Source of the DNA: Candidatus Sericytochromatia bacterium
GTDB lineage: Bacteria > Cyanobacteriota > Sericytochromatia > S15B-MN24 > UBA4093
Reading direction: 5' to 3'
Length of the DNA stretch: 64,000 nucleotides
NCBI GenBank assembly: GCA_036676985.1
Contig: JAKFBU010000006.1
Location: 1 to 64,000, forward strand
The position numbers and the translations under genes were made by a program. Under the pieces are notes generated by a model. The model worked only from the letters and a program-made list of their open reading frames with translations. It searched no databases and had not been told where the DNA came from. Within the stretch, counting starts at the first letter, position 1; each line of letters opens with the position of its first letter. Positions 58,567 to 64,000 of this stretch are shown here, in pieces.

Positions 58567-58683
58567 TAAGGAGGACCCCCCCTAGCCCCCCCTCTAGAGG
58601 GGGGGAAGATATGGCAGACTCCCCTCCTGCAGGGGGAAGTCAACGAAAGCCCCAAGGACAGGGGAGACGTCCAGGAGAGACCA

Positions 58684-59070
58684 ATGCTCGTCAACAACCC
58701 GATGCTCAACAACTTCCAGCGCACGGCACCCGGCCTCGGCGGCGTGATGCCCGAGTTCCCGTCCGTCGACTTCTCGATCGGCAACAACCCCGAGTTCGGC
58801 GAGGCCACCCTCGACGGGTTCGACCAGGCGCAGACCACCAACAATGGCATGAGCTTCGGCGACCTGCTCAACCAGGCCATCGAGGGCATCTCCGCGCAGG
58901 ACCAGCACGCCGTCAACGTCGGCCTCGACTTCGCCCTGGGCCGCAACAACGTGGACGTGCACCAGGTGATGATCGAGCAGGCCAAGGCCGAGTCCGAGCT
59001 GCACCTGATGTCGGCCGTCACCAACAAGGTGGCCTCCGGCTACCAGACGCTCATGAACATGCAGATCTAG
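58684..59070 (+). CDS. fliE: hook-basal body protein FliE
   Basis: SFGDLL..AI, DVHQVMI...KA, V.NK....YQ.LMNMQI. Confidence 0.88.
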   Translation: MLVNNPMLNNFQRTAPGLGGVMPEFPSVDFSIGNNPEFGEATLDGFDQAQTTNNGMSFGDLLNQAIEGISAQDQHAVNVGLDFALGRNNVDVHQVMIEQAKAESELHLMSAVTNKVASGYQTLMNMQI

Positions 59071-59089
59071 TCCAAGAGGCTTTCACCGC

Positions 59090-61021
59090 ATGCTCGACTT
59101 CCTGAACCGCTTTCCCCCACCCGTGCGCATCGGCATCCTGGCCGGTGTGCCCATTCTGCTGATCGTCATCACCCTGTTCATCGGCATGGCCATCGGAGGC
59201 GGCGGCAAGAAGCAGACCGCCGAGGAGAACGTCAACAAGAACGACATCATCCTCTTCCGGCGCATGTCCCAGCAGTCGGCGGGCGAGGCGGGCGCGAAGC
59301 TCGAGGAAGAGCGCATTCCCTTCAAGCTGGTCGAGGACGGCACGGCCATCTCGGTCGCCAAGGACAAGGCCGACAAGGCCCGCGTGGCCCTCGCCGCGGC
59401 CGGCCTGCCCAAGGACGGCGACCCCGGCTTCAGCCTCTTCGACAAGAGCGACTTCATCTCCACCGACTTCGACAAGAAGGTCAAGCTGCTGCGCGCCATG
59501 AACGGCGAGATCAAGCGCCTGGTCAAGATGGTCGACGGCGTCGAGGACGCTGCCGCGCTGGTCACCATGCCGGAGGACACGCTCTTCCAGACCGAGAAGA
59601 AGCCCGTCACGGCCGCGGTCATGGTCAAGATGCAGCCCAAGCGCACCATGTCGCCGTCCCAGGTGGACGGCCTCACGCACCTCATCGCCTCGTCGGTGCC
59701 GGGCCTCACGACCGACAACGTCACCATCACCGACGACCTGGGCAACCTCCTGACTCAGGGCATGGAGTCCAACGCCGGGAACAAGGAGGACCGCATGATC
59801 TCGCGCGTCCTCAACATGCAGATGGGCCTCCAGCGCCAGAAGGAGCAGGAAATCGAGCAGAAGCTCACCACCCTCCTCGACAAGGTCGTGGGCTCGGGCA
59901 AGGCCGTGGTGCGCGTGAGCGTCGAGCTGGACTTCAACAAGCGGCTCGTCCGCAACGTCCTCAAGGCGCCCGTCACCAACAACGGCGAGCCGGTGGCCGT
60001 CAACAAGACCGAGCAGACCGAGACGGTCAAGGGCGAGGGCGACGGCGGCGTGCCGGGCGCCGCGTCCAACGTGCCGACCTATCCCGCCATCCCCGCGGGC
60101 GGCACGGGCGGCAAGGAAGTCACCAAGAAGAACCTCAAGGAGCAGCCCGCGTTCAACGAGGAGACGCAGCTCGTCCAGCCGTCCAGCGGCAACATCAAGC
60201 GCATGTCCATCGCGGTCCTGGTCCCCGACACCCTGAAGCAGGAGAGCGCGGACCGGCTGCGCCTCATCATCGCCGCGGCCGCCGGTGCGGATGCCGCCCG
60301 CCGGGACCAGGTCTCGGTCGAGCGGGTGCGCTTCGACACCAGCCTCGCCGACAGCCTCAAGGACCAGCTCGAGAAGGACAAGGCGGAGTCCGCCAAGAAG
60401 ACCGCCAAGGGCAAGTCCGTCAGCTGGGCGATCGTCTGGTGGATCGGCGGCGGATTGCTGCTGCTCTTCCTCTTGCTCGCCCTCCTGCGCCGGGCCACCC
60501 GCAAGGAGGCCAATCCCCTCGACACGCTCACCGCGAGCCTCGGGGGCGAGGCGGACGCGCTGCCGGCCTTCGATCAGCAGGCGCTCGGCGCCTTCGATCA
60601 GGGGGCCTTCCCGGGCCTCGAGCAGGGCGGCTTCATGCCGCCCGGCATGGACCAGTTCGGCCAGCAGGGTTACGCTCAGCCTGACTACGGCCAGCAGGCC
60701 TACGCTCAGCCGGGCTATGACCAGGGTGGCTACGATCAGGGCATGAGCCAGCCCCAGCCGGGCGGCGGCCAGTTCGACTTCCTCTACGAGGTCACGCCCG
60801 ACGCCGTGGCGACGGCCTTCGAGGGCGAGCGACCGGCGACCATCGCGGGCGTGCTCGCGAGCGTGGATCCCAGCTACGCCGAGCAGGTCCTCCAGTACCT
60901 GGATCCGAGCATCCAGGAGGACGTCTTCAACCGCGTGAACTCGGGGGCGAACCTGCCCTCGATGACCGCCCGCATGGCGGCCCAGAACCTCCGTCGCAAG
61001 CTCGGCGCTGGCGTGAGCTAG
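59090..61021 (+). CDS. fliF: MS-ring protein FliF with a C-terminal FliG-middle-like domain
   Basis: TM1, GLP..G..GF.LFD, RA..GE..R, TAAV, LIASSVPGL...NVTI.D..G.LL, IKR.S.AVLV, R.DQV.V....F, TM2, then a low-complexity linker and FDFL...ERPATIA.VL. Confidence 0.88.
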   Translation: MLDFLNRFPPPVRIGILAGVPILLIVITLFIGMAIGGGGKKQTAEENVNKNDIILFRRMSQQSAGEAGAKLEEERIPFKLVEDGTAISVAKDKADKARVALAAAGLPKDGDPGFSLFDKSDFISTDFDKKVKLLRAMNGEIKRLVKMVDGVEDAAALVTMPEDTLFQTEKKPVTAAVMVKMQPKRTMSPSQVDGLTHLIASSVPGLTTDNVTITDDLGNLLTQGMESNAGNKEDRMISRVLNMQMGLQRQKEQEIEQKLTTLLDKVVGSGKAVVRVSVELDFNKRLVRNVLKAPVTNNGEPVAVNKTEQTETVKGEGDGGVPGAASNVPTYPAIPAGGTGGKEVTKKNLKEQPAFNEETQLVQPSSGNIKRMSIAVLVPDTLKQESADRLRLIIAAAAGADAARRDQVSVERVRFDTSLADSLKDQLEKDKAESAKKTAKGKSVSWAIVWWIGGGLLLLFLLLALLRRATRKEANPLDTLTASLGGEADALPAFDQQALGAFDQGAFPGLEQGGFMPPGMDQFGQQGYAQPDYGQQAYAQPGYDQGGYDQGMSQPQPGGGQFDFLYEVTPDAVATAFEGERPATIAGVLASVDPSYAEQVLQYLDPSIQEDVFNRVNSGANLPSMTARMAAQNLRRKLGAGVS

Positions 61022-61030
61022 AGGACTTAG

Positions 61031-63151
61031 ATGGTCGGGGCCTTAGGAGGACAGGGAGGCAAGGGCATCCCCCTGCGCGACTTCATCATCGCCGGGGTGA
61101 TGGTCGCGATCCTGGGCATCCTGTTCCTGCCGATCCCGACCTGGATGCTCGACCTGCTGATCGTCCTGAACATCACCATGTCGGTCATCATCGTGTTCGT
61201 CGCCCTCTACATCGTCAAGCCGCTGGAGTTCGCATCCTTCCCGTCGTTGCTGCTCATCACAGCGCTTTACCGACTGGCGCTGTCGGTGGCGACCTCCCGA
61301 TCGATCCTGCTCCATGCCGAGGCGGGCCACGTGGTCGAGACCATGGCCGAGTTCGTCATGGGCGGCAACTACATCGTCGGCATCATCATCTTCATCATCC
61401 TCATCATCGTGAACTTCATCGTCATCACCGAGGGCTCGAAGCGTATCGCCGAGGTCGCGGCCCGCTTCACCCTGGACGCCATGCCCGGTAAGCAGATGTC
61501 CATCGACGCGGACCTGGCGGCCGGCCTCATCGACGGCGAGCAGGCGAAGAAGCGGCGCGAGGAGCTGGTCCAGGAGGCCAACTTCTTCGGCTCCATGGAC
61601 GGTGCCAACAAGTTCGTGAAGGGCGACGTCATCGCCTCGATCATCCTCATCATCGTCAACATCGTGGGCGGCATCCTGATCGGCATCCTCATGAAGAAGA
61701 TGGACGTCATGACCGCCCTCGCCAAGTACGCCATCCTGACGGTCGGCGATGGCCTGGTCGCCCTCATTCCCGGCATCCTCATCTCCATCTCGGCGGGTCT
61801 GGTCAGCTCGCGCTCGTCTTCGGACCAGAACCTCGCGGCGGACCTCAAGAAACAGGTCTTCACCAACCCCAAGAGCATGGGCGTCGCCGCGGCCGTCATC
61901 TTCCTCATCGCCTGGGTGCCGGGCTTCCCCAAGATGTTCTTCATCCCCATCGCCATCGGCATGGGCATCGCGGCCTTCCTGACGGTCCGCAAGTCGATGA
62001 TGCCCCAGGGCATGGCCGACGACTACGGCATGCCCATGGACGACATGATGGACGACTACCAGCCGGAGTCGGAGGAGGACCTCAAGAACCCCGAGAACGT
62101 CATGAAGATGCTCGGCGTCCCGCCCCTCACCCTCGAGTTGGGGCTGGACCTGGTGCCGTTGGTCGATCCGGGCCTCGGCGGCGAGCTGATGGACCGCGTG
62201 GTTCCCATGCGCGTGAACATCGCCCTGGACCTGGGCTTCGTCATGCCGGGCATCCAGTTCAAGGACAACCTCAACCTGCGCCCCAACGCCTACCAGATCC
62301 TGGTCAAGGGCAACCAGGTGGCCATGGGCGAGCTGCTCGTCGGCTACATGCTCGCCATCCAGCAGAGCACGACCGACACGAGCCAGGAGCTGGTCGGCTT
62401 CCCCACCACGGATCCAGCCTTCGGCAAGCCCGCGGTCTGGGTCGCGGGCGCCGAGGCCCAGCGTGCAGCGCAGCTCGGCTACCTCATCCAGGACCCCACC
62501 AACGTCCTCACGGCTCACATGGAGCACACCGTGCGCTCGTACGCGCACGAGATCCTGAGCCGCGAGGAGGTCCAGATGATGCTGAACCGCCTCAAGGAGA
62601 AGGCCCCCGTCACGGTCAAGGACCTGGTCCCCGAGATCCTCTCGCTGTCGGAGGTCCAGCGGATCCTGCAGGGCCTCATCCGAGAGGGCGTCAGCATCCG
62701 CGATCTGGCGACCATCCTGGAGCGCCTGGCCGACTACGGCAAGATGACCAAGGACACGTTCCTCCTGGTCGAGATGATCCGCCAGCAGCTCTCGCGCCAG
62801 ATCTGCGCCTCGCTCGCGACCGAGGAGCTCGTCATCGAGGTCATCACCCTCGATCCGGGCGTGGAGAACACCATCCAGGGCTCGATCACCAACACCCCGC
62901 TCGGCCCGCAGGCGGCGGTCAACCCGCAGATCATGCAGCTCATCCTCGCGCGCTTGGCCGCCGTCCACCAGGAGGCCGTCGCGCGCGGCTCCAACCCTGC
63001 GCTCTTGACCAACCCGACCATCCGGCCGCACGTCAAGAACCTCATCGAGCGGAACTTCCCCACCATGTCCGTCATCTCCTACGCGGAGATTAATGCCAAG
63101 TTTAAGGTGCAGTCCGTCGGCCAGGTCTCCATCGCCGTCGGTGTGACGTAG
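61031..63151 (+). CDS. flhA: flagellar/type III export gate protein FlhA
   Basis: FHIPEP motif RIAEVAARFTLDAMPGKQMSIDADL, FFGSMDGA.KFVKGD, EGVSIRDL.TILE. Confidence 0.95.
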   Translation: MVGALGGQGGKGIPLRDFIIAGVMVAILGILFLPIPTWMLDLLIVLNITMSVIIVFVALYIVKPLEFASFPSLLLITALYRLALSVATSRSILLHAEAGHVVETMAEFVMGGNYIVGIIIFIILIIVNFIVITEGSKRIAEVAARFTLDAMPGKQMSIDADLAAGLIDGEQAKKRREELVQEANFFGSMDGANKFVKGDVIASIILIIVNIVGGILIGILMKKMDVMTALAKYAILTVGDGLVALIPGILISISAGLVSSRSSSDQNLAADLKKQVFTNPKSMGVAAAVIFLIAWVPGFPKMFFIPIAIGMGIAAFLTVRKSMMPQGMADDYGMPMDDMMDDYQPESEEDLKNPENVMKMLGVPPLTLELGLDLVPLVDPGLGGELMDRVVPMRVNIALDLGFVMPGIQFKDNLNLRPNAYQILVKGNQVAMGELLVGYMLAIQQSTTDTSQELVGFPTTDPAFGKPAVWVAGAEAQRAAQLGYLIQDPTNVLTAHMEHTVRSYAHEILSREEVQMMLNRLKEKAPVTVKDLVPEILSLSEVQRILQGLIREGVSIRDLATILERLADYGKMTKDTFLLVEMIRQQLSRQICASLATEELVIEVITLDPGVENTIQGSITNTPLGPQAAVNPQIMQLILARLAAVHQEAVARGSNPALLTNPTIRPHVKNLIERNFPTMSVISYAEINAKFKVQSVGQVSIAVGVT

Positions 63152-63275
63152 CGCACAAATCAAGTCCTGACCGACTTTTAGCAAAGATTTAACAATCCGC
63201 TAAAGACAAAGCCGCGATCATCGGTTAAGATAGGACTATCGAAATTAACCTTGGCTTAACCGCAGAGGGGCTTAC

Positions 63276-63563
63276 ATGATTCGCACTGAGACCAACGTCG
63301 AGCTCACCACGCTGACCCTGCCGTCGGCTCCCACCCTCCAGATCCACACGCTGGCGGACCCGGAGCTGGATGCGCGCACCGAGCGTTTCTTCGAGGGCGT
63401 TGAGAAGCTGATCTTCGCCAACGAATCCGACGAGCTGCAGAAGGCCATGCTCCTGCGCCGTTACGCTCGTCTCTTGGGCCTCAACGGAGAGCGCCACCTG
63501 GCCGAGATGGCCAACCAGCTGGCCGAGACCTACGACGCGACGACGCGTCAGTTCCGGCACTAA
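63276..63563 (+). CDS. small helical hypothetical protein
   Basis: AGAGGGG RBS, AT-rich upstream region, downstream terminator. Confidence 0.65.
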   Translation: MIRTETNVELTTLTLPSAPTLQIHTLADPELDARTERFFEGVEKLIFANESDELQKAMLLRRYARLLGLNGERHLAEMANQLAETYDATTRQFRH

Positions 63564-63575
63564 AGCAACCGTCGC

Positions 63576-63608
63576 GGCGGGCCCCGAAAGGGGTCCGCTA
63601 TTTTTTTT
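63576..63608 (+). terminator. intrinsic terminator
   Basis: GGCGGGCCCC-GAAA-GGGGTCCGCT followed by a T-tract. Confidence 0.8.
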
Positions 63609-63703
63609 GCGCGCATGACGAGGGGGCGCTTGTGGGGTAGAAAAGGGGTGGTAGGTCCCTTATGATGGGACCGACACGGCTCCAGTGGTCCGAAGGGAAG
63701 CGA

Positions 63704-64000
63704 ATGACGGCGATTCCGCCCCACGACATTGCCCAGATCCTGATCGGTCGAGAGGCCAGGAAGGCCGAGCGCCGCATCAACCAGGTGCGGGCCATGCTGC
63801 TCCTCGTCGGCCTGTTCGTGGTGGTCCCCATCCGGCTGCTGACCTATGGCTTGACGGGCGGATCGGGAAACCTGGCGGCGACCGTCGCCGTCCTGGTCCT
63901 CGGCCTCTTGGCCAGCCTCGCCTTGGGCTGGAAGATGCGGGATCCGGAGTTCCCCGAAGGCCTGGCGATCGTCGGCATCGTCCTGGACTTCGGCCTCGTG
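63704..64000 (+). CDS. membrane protein, N-terminal part only (runs off the window)
   Basis: Open frame MTAIPPHDIAQ...AERRINQVRAMLLLVG... with TM segments, GAAGGGAAG RBS. Confidence 0.65.
   Translation, partial: MTAIPPHDIAQILIGREARKAERRINQVRAMLLLVGLFVVVPIRLLTYGLTGGSGNLAATVAVLVLGLLASLALGWKMRDPEFPEGLAIVGIVLDFGLV

Overview
GC-rich diderm bacterial chromosome segment. Some protein features look cyanobacteria-related, so a non-photosynthetic relative such as Sericytochromatia is possible; this is an inference only. From left to right: tRNA-Thr(CGT); a recJ-relA/spoT-rdgB-phosphoesterase operon; orphan PAS histidine kinases; an AspT/YidE transporter; sbcCD; DUF4139, TPR, PilZ and VWA proteins; comM/yifB; YceI; a STAND-type ATPase-TPR gene with a His-less GAF kinase; a lower-GC block of NHL/Ig lipoproteins with a ferredoxin; and a MucB-like/TonB-like/XRE operon. 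A type IV pilus locus follows (pilD-pilMNOPQ, ABC transporter plus TPR protein, three pilin paralogues with constant-variable-constant architecture). Divergent from it is a flagellar basal-body cluster (FliK-like, mini FlhB-C, flgFGAHIJ, sigma-28-like, flgBC, fliE, fliF, flhA). The most unusual signal is that FliF is fused, via a Q/G/Y-rich linker, to a FliG-middle-like domain and runs straight into flhA, with no fliG/fliH/fliI. Recurrent upstream motifs (11-bp-period TTAAC repeats; SigB/SigF-like GTTT-N-GGGWA boxes) link this cluster to the pilins and to a signal-less glycine-zipper protein. This suggests a possibly flagellum-derived export system. All calls come from reading motifs by eye; no searches were run.
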